From an uncultured Acidimicrobiia bacterium (GTDB taxonomy: Bacteria; Acidobacteriota; Terriglobia; Versatilivoradales; Versatilivoraceae): 64,000 nucleotides of DNA. The position numbers were made by a program, and so were the translations under genes. Below, one piece after another: positions 33,144 to 42,869 of the stretch (positions within the stretch are counted from its first letter, which is position 1; every line of letters begins with the position of its first letter). The notes under the pieces are model-generated. The model did not search any database and was not told the DNA's origin. It was given only the letters and a program-made list of their open reading frames with translations. Location of the stretch: contig CAWBAT010000002.1 in assembly GCA_963786955.1 (NCBI GenBank), forward strand, positions 64,001 to 128,000. The letters are read 5' to 3'.

Positions 33144-33733
33144 ATGAAACACAAACTGTCACGTCGGTTTTTTCTGAAGTCTAGCTGGAAAGTTCATTGG
33201 CGCTTGGAACTCTTTCAATGGCGGCACTTGTTGCCTCTGCTCCGATTACAATTGTAACGCCGCAAGGACTTCCTTCCTCGAGTATCGATCCAAGGCTGAA
33301 AGACCTGCTGCGCGCTGCCATGGATACCATAATCCCCGCCACCGAAGGGATGCCTTCCGCCAGTGCGGTAGGCGGAGTCGGTTATCTTGAACAACTCGCT
33401 CAGTCTGACCCATTAATCAGAAGTAAGTTGGAGCAGAGCTTGAAAGCCTTGGACGAAGTCAGTCTCAAATTTTTGAAGTCCGGATTTTCTTCTCTTCCGC
33501 AAAGTCAAAGAATTGAAGCTCTCAAGCGACTGGAGAGTCAATCGCCTCTTGACCTTTTTGCCGATTTGCGAGATTACGTTTACGAGTCGTATTACACCCA
33601 ACCGCAGGTCTGGAAATTGATTGGCTACGAATTTTACCCCACCAATCATCAGGGGCCTCACATGAAGCCTTTCGATGCGACCGCGCTCACACAGGTCAAA
33701 AAGATGGGAAAACTGTATCGGGAGGTCTCCTGA
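33144..33733 (+). CDS. Gluconate 2-dehydrogenase subunit 3-like protein, Tat-exported; apparent 1 bp deletion near 33189-33191
   Basis: DTIIPATEGMPSASAVG and YYTQPQVWKLIGY. The Tat peptide MKHKLSRRFFLK from ATG 33144 (GGAG RBS) joins ORF 33197 if one base is added. The stop overlaps the GMC start. Confidence 0.82.
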
Positions 33734-35340
33734 TGTCGAATACTCTCGTGGATGTCTTGGTCATTGGTTCAGGACCGGCCGGAGCTGCTGTGACCAAACG
33801 GCTTACTGACTTGGGTGCCAAAGTCAAATGTCTCGAACAAGGCGACTGGATCAAACCTGCGGAATATCCGACGACGCGAGAGAATTGGGAGATTCAAGAG
33901 CGTCGGGGTCCCTTCAACTTTAGCCCAAATGTCCGCAAACGGCCGGAAGATTATCCGGTAATCGGTGCGGGACGGAATCCTCCCAATGTCCTGATGTTTA
34001 ATGCGGTCGGAGGCAGCAGTATTCATTGGACAGGTCATTTCCCTCGTTTTCACCCTTCCGATTTCCGCGTTCGAACACTCGATGGTGTTGCCGATGATTG
34101 GCCCATAAGCTATCAGGACCTTGAACGCTATTACGACATGAATGACCGGGAGATGGGTGTCGCTGGCTTGGCCGGAGATCCGGCCAACCCGCCTCGGGCC
34201 AAGCGGCCGACTGGGCCACTGCCGTTGGGAGTTCTTGGAGAAATTATTGGACGTGGATTCGATAAGTTGGGCTGGCACTGGTGGGTTTCAGACAATGCGA
34301 TTATCTCTCAGGACTACGATGGCCGGCCCGCTTGCGACCTTCATGGAAAGTGCATGTATGGGTGTGCCATCGGTTCGAAGGCCAGCACGGATGTGACCTA
34401 CTGGCCGAAGGCCCTGAAGAAAGGGGCCATACTTGAAACTCGCGCCCGAGTACGGGAAATTACAGTTGATTCAGGGGGAAAAGTTCGCGGCGCCATCTAT
34501 TTTGATCGACACGGGAATCTGGTTGAACAGCAGGCACGCGTTGTCGTTGTTTGCGGAAATGGTGTCGGCACACCGCGTATCCTTTTAAACTCGAAATCAA
34601 AATATTTCCCCCACGGCCTTGCAAACTCAAACGGAATGGTAGGCAAATGTTTCATGGTCCACCCCTTTCGCTTTGTGGAAGGGATCTTCGAAGAACGCAC
34701 CAATTCATATGATGGGCCTTTTGGAATCCCGGCCTTTAGCCAGCAATTCTATGAGACTGATCTAAACCGGGGATTCGTTCGTGGCTATATGCTCATGCTG
34801 GAACGCAGTTTTGGGCCGTTGCATCACGCTTTGGGAAGCTTTGTGGACAAACCGATTCCATGGGGAGCGGAGCATCACAAGGCCATGCGACGGAGATTTC
34901 CACATGTGATTCGCATTACTCCATTGGGCGAAGACCTACCCGATGAAAACAACCGGGTTGAACTGGATCCCAGTGTGAAAGATTCCAGCGGGATTCCCGC
35001 AGCACGAGTCTCCTATGCATACAGCGAAAACAGCTTGAAGATGCTGGAACATAGTCTCATCACAGCGCGACAGGCTTTGGAGGCAGCCGGTGCCATAGAG
35101 ATCCTCGACAGCGGGATTATCACTCCAGCTTTCCATCTCTTGGGAACTGCCAGAATGGGAAACGACCCCAGGAAATCTGTCGTCAATGCCTGGCATCAGG
35201 CCCATGAGGTCAGCAATCTTTTTATCGTTGATGGGAGTTCATTCACAACGAGTGCTGCCGTAAATCCCACCTCCACCATTGGCGCCCTGGCTCTCCGCTG
35301 TGCAGATGGAATTTGGGAAAAGCGGCGGGAATGGAGCTAG
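33733..35340 (+). CDS. GMC family flavoprotein oxidoreductase
   Basis: VIGSGPAG, VGGSSIHW, CxxxGxCxxGC, HLLGTARMG and NPTSTI. Confidence 0.93.
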   Translation: MSNTLVDVLVIGSGPAGAAVTKRLTDLGAKVKCLEQGDWIKPAEYPTTRENWEIQERRGPFNFSPNVRKRPEDYPVIGAGRNPPNVLMFNAVGGSSIHWTGHFPRFHPSDFRVRTLDGVADDWPISYQDLERYYDMNDREMGVAGLAGDPANPPRAKRPTGPLPLGVLGEIIGRGFDKLGWHWWVSDNAIISQDYDGRPACDLHGKCMYGCAIGSKASTDVTYWPKALKKGAILETRARVREITVDSGGKVRGAIYFDRHGNLVEQQARVVVVCGNGVGTPRILLNSKSKYFPHGLANSNGMVGKCFMVHPFRFVEGIFEERTNSYDGPFGIPAFSQQFYETDLNRGFVRGYMLMLERSFGPLHHALGSFVDKPIPWGAEHHKAMRRRFPHVIRITPLGEDLPDENNRVELDPSVKDSSGIPAARVSYAYSENSLKMLEHSLITARQALEAAGAIEILDSGIITPAFHLLGTARMGNDPRKSVVNAWHQAHEVSNLFIVDGSSFTTSAAVNPTSTIGALALRCADGIWEKRREWS

Positions 35341-35712
35341 CTAGTCCTCTATACTAAAGTACAGATAATCGATCCCCTTCCCTCTAAACTTGGCATCTTG
35401 AGCTTGAGGTTTGGGCTTTCCTGTGCGAACAACTTCCCCTAGCCTGATCTTGCTCCAAAGAGCTTAGCACTCACCGCAACTAATTCCCGCGACCAAGAAC
35501 ACCTTAACAAACTATTTTCACCTTTTTCCTCGATAACCTTTCTCTAATTCCACAAGCGACGCCACTAACTTCCGACTCTTCATTTCAAATGTAAGTGGAT
35601 ACTTTTGTTAATGTTAGGGAAGTTTGCTGACGATGCATACAGTGGGTTTCGATTGAAACCCATTTCATTGCCGTATTTGTGTTGAAGGTTCTCGAACGGG
35701 GGAGAAGAACTT

Positions 35713-36930
35713 TTGCTGCGCAAGATACGCCTTTTGCCATTACTCATTATTTATCTCTGCCTTTTATTGTCGAGCGGGAATGCTGAACCAGTGTTTAAGC
35801 GGGCCCGTGACCTCGCCTCTTCAGGTAAGCGCAACGAAGCGCTGAAACTGCTGAAGGCGCAATTGGAAGAATACCCTGATGATGGGGATGCGCGCGTCAT
35901 TTACGGGATCGTTCTCTCCTGGGAGGGCAAATACGACGAATCCCGCAAGCAGTTAAATCTGCTTCTTTCAAAAAATCCCAATAACGGAGATGCTCTTCCC
36001 GCACTGATCAACGTCGAGCTCTGGTCCGACCATGCAGATCGGGCCGCCGCGCTGGCGGCACAAGGTTTGCAAGACAATCCTAATAACACCACTTTGCTGA
36101 TGGCCCAGGCCAAAGCTCTCAAAAACCTCGATAAGTATTCGGAAGCCATTCACAGTTTGAACCGGCTGCTGGATCAGGAACCCCATAATACAGCCGCTCT
36201 CAATCTCCGCAAGGCCTTACAGGTGATGTCCCGGACATGGGAAACAAGTATCGGACAATCCTATGAGTGGCTGAATGACGGGAATCCTACCTGGATTGAA
36301 ACGGCAGCGACGATCAAGTACCGGTCCCCGGTCGGCTCCATTCTGGGGCGATTTTCGCGGGCCGATCGGTTTTCATTTAGTAGCAACCAAATGGAACTCG
36401 ACTTCTATCCGAGAATCCGCCCCGGCACTTATGCCTATATCAATGTCGGTTATTCTCCGGATGGCGTTCTCTATCCGCAGTATCGCTTTGGGACAGATCT
36501 CTACCAGAGCCTCCCCCGCGGATGGGAAGGTTCGGCCGGTTACCGCCGCCTCGGCTTTCGTGAAGCCGTGAACATTTATACCTTCTCCCTGGGTAAATAT
36601 TGCGGCAAATGGCTCTTCAGTGCGCGAACCTACCTCACCCCGGATTTGCTGGGCACTTCGCATTCGGTTAGTTTTTCCGGTCGGCGCTATTTTGACGATG
36701 GCACTGATTATATTGGTTTCCGGATTGGTACAGGCGCATCACCTGTCGAGGCTCGTAACGTCTACGACGTGATCACATTGAATGCGCTCGGCGCCTACGG
36801 GGAATTCAACCGTACATTAGCCACCCGGTGGACGATCAATGTGCGAGGCGGATACAGTAGCGAAGACCGTCTGAATCGTAATGTCCTGAAGCGCGCCATG
36901 CTCGACACAACCCTCTACTATAGATTCTAG
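35713..36930 (+). CDS. TPR + YaiO-family outer-membrane beta-barrel protein
   Basis: Signal peptide, N-terminal TPRs (VLSWEGKYDES), amphipathic beta-strands (ELDFYPR, YAYINVGYS) and C-terminal YYRF. Confidence 0.85.
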   Translation: MLRKIRLLPLLIIYLCLLLSSGNAEPVFKRARDLASSGKRNEALKLLKAQLEEYPDDGDARVIYGIVLSWEGKYDESRKQLNLLLSKNPNNGDALPALINVELWSDHADRAAALAAQGLQDNPNNTTLLMAQAKALKNLDKYSEAIHSLNRLLDQEPHNTAALNLRKALQVMSRTWETSIGQSYEWLNDGNPTWIETAATIKYRSPVGSILGRFSRADRFSFSSNQMELDFYPRIRPGTYAYINVGYSPDGVLYPQYRFGTDLYQSLPRGWEGSAGYRRLGFREAVNIYTFSLGKYCGKWLFSARTYLTPDLLGTSHSVSFSGRRYFDDGTDYIGFRIGTGASPVEARNVYDVITLNALGAYGEFNRTLATRWTINVRGGYSSEDRLNRNVLKRAMLDTTLYYRF

Positions 36931-36935
36931 TCATT

Positions 36936-37835
36936 ATGCTCAAGTCCATCTTGCTTCGCATTCTAGCCCCGGCGTTGGCGCTCTGTATCTACTACTCTGT
37001 TCTTTATGGGAGTTCTACAGGATTCAAAATATTCTCCCCAGAGCCTCAGGCAACAATGCTTACTGAAGATGCCTCTCGTAAACTTTTGAAATCAATCGAA
37101 GAGTTACACCGGCAAGGTCAGTCTGAGAAGGCATTGCAACTCTTGTCAGAACTCCGCGCCGTTTACCCTCAAAATCACATTTATATCCGGCAAACGGCGG
37201 ACCTCTACCACCAATTAGGCCGCTACAAAGATGAAGCTGCGGCTTGGGAGGATTTCATGAAAGTGGCTCCCTTGCCCGTGGAAGGTTGCCCGCAAATAGG
37301 AATTGCTTATCAAAAGAGTGGCCAGGCCGAGCAGTCGATCTTGGCGTTCCATCGTTGTGTAGGCACTGATTCCCAAAACTTAGATTTCGCATTTTACCTC
37401 GCGCATGCGTATGAGCTGACACGGCAATTAGATAAAGCGGCGGAGATCTACCAGGAAGCCATCTTAAAGGACGGTGGAAATATGGATCTGCGGGTGGGAC
37501 TTGCTCGCGTGCGCATGCATCAGTCGAAAAATTCACAAGCCATCGAGATGGCAGCGGCAGTACTCAAACAGTCGCCCGAAAATGTCGACGCCATGCTGGT
37601 GATGGGACTTTCCCTCTGGCGTCAAGGCGATCTTTCACAAGCCAGAAAATATCTTGAAAAAGGAATCGTATTAGCAAGCCAATACACCGATTTCTATGTG
37701 GCTCTCGGACAGATATCAGAGCAAGAGCATCAGAATGCGAAAGCCAAAGAAGCCTATGTCCAGGCATTAAAGTTGGAACCCAACAATCATGAAATCGCGC
37801 AGAAGTTGCAGGCACTCCAGGGTGGTGTCCATTGA
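36936..37835 (+). CDS. Tetratricopeptide repeat protein with N-terminal anchor/signal
   Basis: Hydrophobic N-terminus followed by multiple TPR units (e.g. YVQALKLEPNN). Confidence 0.85.
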   Translation: MLKSILLRILAPALALCIYYSVLYGSSTGFKIFSPEPQATMLTEDASRKLLKSIEELHRQGQSEKALQLLSELRAVYPQNHIYIRQTADLYHQLGRYKDEAAAWEDFMKVAPLPVEGCPQIGIAYQKSGQAEQSILAFHRCVGTDSQNLDFAFYLAHAYELTRQLDKAAEIYQEAILKDGGNMDLRVGLARVRMHQSKNSQAIEMAAAVLKQSPENVDAMLVMGLSLWRQGDLSQARKYLEKGIVLASQYTDFYVALGQISEQEHQNAKAKEAYVQALKLEPNNHEIAQKLQALQGGVH

Positions 37836-40348
37836 GATTGAGCCGCTATTTGTTTCTCCCGGTCAGAGTCCTGTTTTGCTTGGTCACCCTTCTATCCTCA
37901 TTGTTCAGTCTGATGGCCTTCATTCCTTTCACTTATGAGCAAGTTCATAAGGGGGGTGCGATCGAAGCCTATCTGGTGTTTGTCCGATTCCAACCGTACG
38001 CTCACTTGTTCATCCTGACTCTGTTGGCCTTTACCCTGCACGACGAGTTATTGCATCCGCGGACCAAGCTTTTGACCTGGGGGTTCCTGCTCGGAGAAGC
38101 ATGCTTCGGGGTGATTGGTTTATTCTATCCCGTCTTGAAGCATCTCCCGAATAACCGATTGAGTTTCGTGTTCAGCTTATTTTTATTATCCCCTTTGCTG
38201 GTACTCTTTGCGATCGACTGGTTAGCTCGAGCGAATACACTCCGCTGGGGCAAGTCACAAGAAATCCATTCCACCCGTTTTTTCTGGGCTGCCGCTAGCG
38301 CGGCGCTATTTATCTCAGTCCTTTATGGAGGTCTGTGCTATACGCATCAGGAAGCGCCCCGTGGGGAGGCCCTTCTCCACAATGGTTGGGGGATCGCCGT
38401 GGGGTGGAGCATGGTTTCGCACCTCATCCTTTTTATGGGCTTTTTTGTGCTCTTTAATCTCGTGAACGGCTTTGCGGGAATTTTTTCGAAGGGTGCCAAG
38501 ATTGAGTTTTTCGTTTCCAATAGCTTAATCGGTTGTGGTGCCTACCTGTTACTTCATGGAGTGGCTTTTCCACCAATCGGTTTTTATGGGTGGCCCGCCG
38601 ACACCTATGCCGTTGTACTTTCCCTCGCCCTCGTTGGAACATTGGCCGGCACTTCTCTTCGTCTCCAGACTGAAGGAACAGAAACCATCATTGACGACGG
38701 GATCGGGCTTTCACTGCGCCTGTTTGGGATAGGCAGGCACAGTTCCCTACTGCTCAATCTCACGCTCCTCGCGGCGGTCACAACGTTTTTCGTTATCTTG
38801 ATTACACGAGTCGCTGCGTACGATTGGAATTTTCTAGCCCAAAAATTACTCGCCAGCTTCATGTGGATCTTTACGCTGGGCTGTTTCTATTCCATGACTA
38901 AGGTTTCCCGCCCCTCCAAGTCCGCACGGATGCTTGCGGCTGTAATTCTGATTTTGATTACTTATAAGACACTGGAGGCATCCACTTCGCGATGGTGGAG
39001 ATTATTGGATGGGGGTTTCAAAGATCCACGGGCTACTCTGGAAAGTTACTCGAAATTTGATACCTCCTTTCAGCTGACTCAACGAATCTTGTCTCCGCCT
39101 GATAAGGGGAATGACTCCTTTTTTCAATTTTTGACCCAAAACACGAACATTCCTCGCTCCGTCCAACTGAAGCCAGTCGACATCAAGCTGGTCGAGAACT
39201 TTCAACTGACCCCAGTCACCCGGCCCCATGTTTTCATTTTCGTCATTGACAGCCTTCGCCGGGACTACCTTTCGCCTTACAACCAGGCAGTCCAATTCAC
39301 GCCTTCCATACAAAGTTTTGCAGCCGAAAGCGTTGTCTTTGAAAACACCTTCACGCGCTACGGAGGAACGGGGCTTTCGGAACCCTCGATTTGGGTGGGC
39401 GGGATGCTTGTTCATCAGCAATATGTGACGCCGTTCGCCCCGATGAACTCGTTGCAGAAATTGCTTCAAGCGGAAAGCTATGACTGCTTCGTCAGCCGCG
39501 ACAGCATTCTCGAAACAATCCTTTCCCCTTGGCCGGCCCTCTCGGAGTTAGACAAGGGCACATCGACGCTGCGATTAGATCTATGCAAGACTCTCGACGA
39601 GCTGAAGAAAAACATTGGCGAACAGAAAACTTCGGGAAAACCACTATTTGCCTATACGCAGCCGCAAAACATTCATATCTCCGTCATCAATCGCGAAGGA
39701 AAAAGTGTACTGGATAAAGGTCCGTATGATGGGTTTTATGCCCCCTATGCCTCCCGTTTAAGGAGAATCGACCGCTGTTTCGGTGAATTTATTGACTTCC
39801 TGAAGAAGGCAGGGATGTATGAGCAAAGCATCATCATTTTGACGGCCGACCATGGAGAATCTCTCGGTGAAGACGGGCGTTGGGGGCACGCCTACACGAT
39901 CTTTCCAGAAGTGCTCAAGATTCCGCTCATCATGCATCTGCCCGGTGCGCTGCAAACTCAAGTCAGTGCAAATCCCAAAGCAGTCTCTTTCTCGACCGAC
40001 ATTACTCCAACCCTCTATTCCCTACTGGGACAGAAACCACTCATTTCGGGTGAGCTATTTGGACATCCATTGTTCAAATGGGTGTCTTCCGGGCCCGATC
40101 AGCCAAAACCCACAGACCATCTGGTCGTGTCAAGTTACGGCGCCGTTTACGGAGTGTTGAATGGTCAAGGAAATCAACTCTACATCGCGGACGCAGTGAA
40201 CTACCGAAATTATCTCTATGATCTGTCGCAGCAATCGTTGGGCGTTTCCATACCTGTTCCCGATTCAGTCCGAGAACGCAATGAGCGGATCATCCGGGAG
40301 CAGATCTCTGCCATAGGAAACTTTTATGGCTACGCCTCGGGTTTGTAA
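37832..40348 (+). CDS. Polytopic membrane protein with C-terminal sulfatase/LTA-synthase-like (alkaline phosphatase superfamily) domain
   Basis: About 11 N-terminal TMs. Motifs IDSLRRD, YGGTGLSEPS, TADHGE, WGH and DITPTL. Confidence 0.82.
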   Translation: MRLSRYLFLPVRVLFCLVTLLSSLFSLMAFIPFTYEQVHKGGAIEAYLVFVRFQPYAHLFILTLLAFTLHDELLHPRTKLLTWGFLLGEACFGVIGLFYPVLKHLPNNRLSFVFSLFLLSPLLVLFAIDWLARANTLRWGKSQEIHSTRFFWAAASAALFISVLYGGLCYTHQEAPRGEALLHNGWGIAVGWSMVSHLILFMGFFVLFNLVNGFAGIFSKGAKIEFFVSNSLIGCGAYLLLHGVAFPPIGFYGWPADTYAVVLSLALVGTLAGTSLRLQTEGTETIIDDGIGLSLRLFGIGRHSSLLLNLTLLAAVTTFFVILITRVAAYDWNFLAQKLLASFMWIFTLGCFYSMTKVSRPSKSARMLAAVILILITYKTLEASTSRWWRLLDGGFKDPRATLESYSKFDTSFQLTQRILSPPDKGNDSFFQFLTQNTNIPRSVQLKPVDIKLVENFQLTPVTRPHVFIFVIDSLRRDYLSPYNQAVQFTPSIQSFAAESVVFENTFTRYGGTGLSEPSIWVGGMLVHQQYVTPFAPMNSLQKLLQAESYDCFVSRDSILETILSPWPALSELDKGTSTLRLDLCKTLDELKKNIGEQKTSGKPLFAYTQPQNIHISVINREGKSVLDKGPYDGFYAPYASRLRRIDRCFGEFIDFLKKAGMYEQSIIILTADHGESLGEDGRWGHAYTIFPEVLKIPLIMHLPGALQTQVSANPKAVSFSTDITPTLYSLLGQKPLISGELFGHPLFKWVSSGPDQPKPTDHLVVSSYGAVYGVLNGQGNQLYIADAVNYRNYLYDLSQQSLGVSIPVPDSVRERNERIIREQISAIGNFYGYASGL

Positions 40349-40404
40349 TGGGGCGACCGATCACGCATGTAAAAGCAAAGACATAATTCCTAACCGGTGC
40401 ATCT

Positions 40405-42057
40405 ATGCAAACTAATCCGCTTTTGCCTGCCTCCGCTTTACAACCAGCCGTCACCCGAGCATCAGAACCGGCATCAAAGGCTTTGCGAATCCTACTGGCA
40501 GAAGAAGTCTCCGTAAACCTCCGGATTGCGGTTCAAATCCTAAAGAACCTCGGACACCATGTGACCGCTTTCCCTACAGCAAAAGAGGCCACCCGTGTAA
40601 TGGGAGATTCCTGTTTTGATCTTGTAATTCTGGGCTGTCATGAATCCGATGCAGAGGCCTATGAGGCGGCGCTTAGTATCCGCAGGAACGAATCGAAGGG
40701 CAAACACATGCCGATCATTGCTTTGACGGCAAACACACTCCAGTGCGACCGAAAAAAAAGAGAAGCTGCTTCGTTCGATGACTATATTGCCATCCCCATC
40801 GACCCTCAATCCATGGCTGCCGTGATTAATCGCTGGGACCGGAAGTCCGTTAGACCTTCCAACTTCAAACTCAGCGCGGTGGACCGAAATATAATCAAAA
40901 GTATTCAGAGTATTGCCAGGGATGACAGTTTAGACCTGTTGAATGAGTTGATTGAACTTTTCCTGAGCAGCTCTCTGAAGCAGATAAGGGAAATGGAACT
41001 TGCGTTGGAAGTGGCGGACCCATCAAAGCTCTATCGGCCCGCTCATGGCCTAAAAGGAAGCAGCGGACAGATGGGTGCCGTGCGAATGCAACAAATCTGT
41101 GGTTCCCTGGAAGCATTAGGTAGGGCCGGCACCCTAAAAGGAGTGGCCGCGTTGATCGAAGAACTTAAGGCCGAAATGGAACGAGTCCGGCAGGATCTGC
41201 TACACATCCAGATGGAGAAGCCAGAGGATCGCACTGAAGAACCCGATGTTGTGGCTTTAACTCCGGGCTCAGATCTGATGGCGATGGCTCCAGCATTCAA
41301 GGGAAAACGGATCCTGGCGATGGATCTCTACCCGGGAATCTTGTCCCAGCTAAAATCAATACTCAATATTTTTGAGTGCGAGCTGGGAATCATTGAGCCT
41401 TCATTGCTTTCTGAAAAAGGATGGGCCGCACAGGCGAGTCTGCTGCTCGTGGGAGCCAAAATCGGAAATACGACTGCTCTCGAGCAGTGTATGAATTGGC
41501 GAGAAAAAAGGGAAGATATCCCGGTCATTGTCGTCACGGGCGCTTTAGATCCAAGAATGTTCAGTTGTATTGAAGCATTGGAAGCCGATTTCGTATTGGA
41601 GCCGTTCCGAGTGGATGATCTTTTACTTCGCGCCCATCACAAATTGACCATTCCCTCCGCTGGCATTATTAAGAAGACCCAAAGCGCAACGAGTGAAATC
41701 TTAATTGTGGAGAATGACCCGTTCGTCGCGAAGTTTCTTTCAAATGCATTAAAGGAGGCAGGTTATCACGTGACCACCACTGAAGATGGTGAGTCTACAA
41801 TCGCTGCACTCCATCAAAACGATTATCAATTGGTGGTCCTCGATATCGCGATGCCAAAGATTGATGGATTGGCGGTTCTCGCCGAAATGCGTAAGCAAAA
41901 CAAATACTCGAAAATCCCAGTCCTCATGCTTACCTCCCGGGTTCATGAACAGGATGTGGTACGGGCATTTGAACTGGGGGTGGATGACTATGTCACCAAA
42001 CCATTTAATCCGCTTGAAATTGTCTCAAGAGTTCGCAGGTTGCTGAAACAACCCTAG
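40405..42057 (+). CDS. Multi-domain phosphorelay protein: pseudo-REC + HPt + pseudo-REC + REC
   Basis: The first receiver lacks the Asp (DLVILGCHES). HPt AHGLKGSSG is intact. The last receiver LVVLDIAMP...YVTKPF is intact. Confidence 0.85.
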   Translation: MQTNPLLPASALQPAVTRASEPASKALRILLAEEVSVNLRIAVQILKNLGHHVTAFPTAKEATRVMGDSCFDLVILGCHESDAEAYEAALSIRRNESKGKHMPIIALTANTLQCDRKKREAASFDDYIAIPIDPQSMAAVINRWDRKSVRPSNFKLSAVDRNIIKSIQSIARDDSLDLLNELIELFLSSSLKQIREMELALEVADPSKLYRPAHGLKGSSGQMGAVRMQQICGSLEALGRAGTLKGVAALIEELKAEMERVRQDLLHIQMEKPEDRTEEPDVVALTPGSDLMAMAPAFKGKRILAMDLYPGILSQLKSILNIFECELGIIEPSLLSEKGWAAQASLLLVGAKIGNTTALEQCMNWREKREDIPVIVVTGALDPRMFSCIEALEADFVLEPFRVDDLLLRAHHKLTIPSAGIIKKTQSATSEILIVENDPFVAKFLSNALKEAGYHVTTTEDGESTIAALHQNDYQLVVLDIAMPKIDGLAVLAEMRKQNKYSKIPVLMLTSRVHEQDVVRAFELGVDDYVTKPFNPLEIVSRVRRLLKQP

Positions 42058-42179
42058 CTCCTGTATCGCTCATTTTATTCTTAATATTGGACATGGTTTG
42101 CTGGATCTTTGCTCGTCCTTGCTACGCTCATTTTCATCCCCCAAAATCCAATCTGAGTTAGATCGCTTCGCGGGTGGGG

Positions 42180-42228
42180 ACAGAAAGGGGGTCAGATCTT
42201 TCTAACAGAAAGGGGGTCAGATCTTTCT
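42180..42228 (+). repeat. Tandem duplication with 25 bp period (ACAGAAAGGGGGTCAGATCTTTCT) at the end of the transposase remnant
   Basis: Two exact 24 bp copies at 42180-42203 and 42205-42228. Confidence 0.85.
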
Positions 42229-42560
42229 TATTTCTAAATATTTCAACGCCTGTTTCATCACTCTTTTCAGCTTTAGGTCCTCGCTGTGAGCTACTTCAAA
42301 CTCACTGAGGCGGTTGCTAACTGTGGCGTAATCAATCCCGCCGGCCAACGCGCCCAGTTCAGCCAGCTTCAGCCCACACTGCTTGCGGCCTAGTACTAAG
42401 TTGCACAAATTCGCGTTAATTGTTGTAGCCGGGGTCGTTGACCCCGGGCCTAAACAGCGGGGCCAGTTACAACACGGACTCCTGCAAGTTAGTACTAGGT
42501 ACAGCGCCAGATCCCGATCCCAGTCCTCCCAGCTAACCGTCGCCAAATCCCCTAGATCAT
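42217..42560 (-). pseudogene. C-terminal remnant of a Y1/REP-associated transposase-like gene (DnaA-C-like HTH), interrupted by a miniature element
   Basis: Removing the 105 bp insertion restores WDRDLALYLGRKQCGLKLAELGALAGGIDYATVS. No HUH domain is found upstream. Confidence 0.6.
42394..42494. mobile_element. Miniature inverted-repeat element, copy 2, with CTAG target duplication
   Basis: Ends TACTAAGTTGCA / TGCAAGTTAGTA. CTAG at 42390-42393 and 42495-42498. Shares both ends with 9163-9312. Confidence 0.78.
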
Positions 42561-42598
42561 AGCGAAGCCGTATCGTATTCTGCAAGGCAACAGGAAAA

Positions 42599-42710
42599 CG
42601 CCGCGTGAGGTTCAGGCTTTGAGAAAGCCTGAAGCCTACAATGATTTTAGATAGGTTGCCACCGCGTTGTAGGCATGAAGCATTCTCAACGCTTCGTCCC
42701 CGACCCGGCG
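42599..42710. repeat. GTAG-type REP doublet
   Basis: The reverse complement of 42599-42641 is TTGTAGGCTTCAGGCTTTCTCAAAGCCTGAACCTCACGCGGCG, matching 50498-50540. A degenerate inverted copy starts near 42667. Confidence 0.7.
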
Positions 42711-42869
42711 GAATTTCTTCACACCTTCCCTCCCTTGGGGAAATCATGTCCGTCATCTGACAGGCACGGCGAGTGCAACAATTTAAGAATGGCCCCAAAC
42801 ATAACTTTACATGGTACGTTTATAATTGACTCGAAGCCTTTGTGACAATTTAGAAAAGGAGAGACTTTT

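Noticed and set aside
35464-35472. TTAGCACTC, a possible second CIRCE
   Set aside because: Only the left arm is present; the position 9 nt downstream reads AATTCCCGC, not GAGTGCTAA.
42180-42228. CRISPR array
   Set aside because: Only two adjacent units with no spacers, and no cas genes. No CRISPR, tRNA or rRNA was recognised in the window.
42217-42798. Intact 193 aa gene from the ORF track
   Set aside because: Its N-terminal half is translated REP sequence and its middle is the inserted element. Only the C-terminal part looks protein-like.
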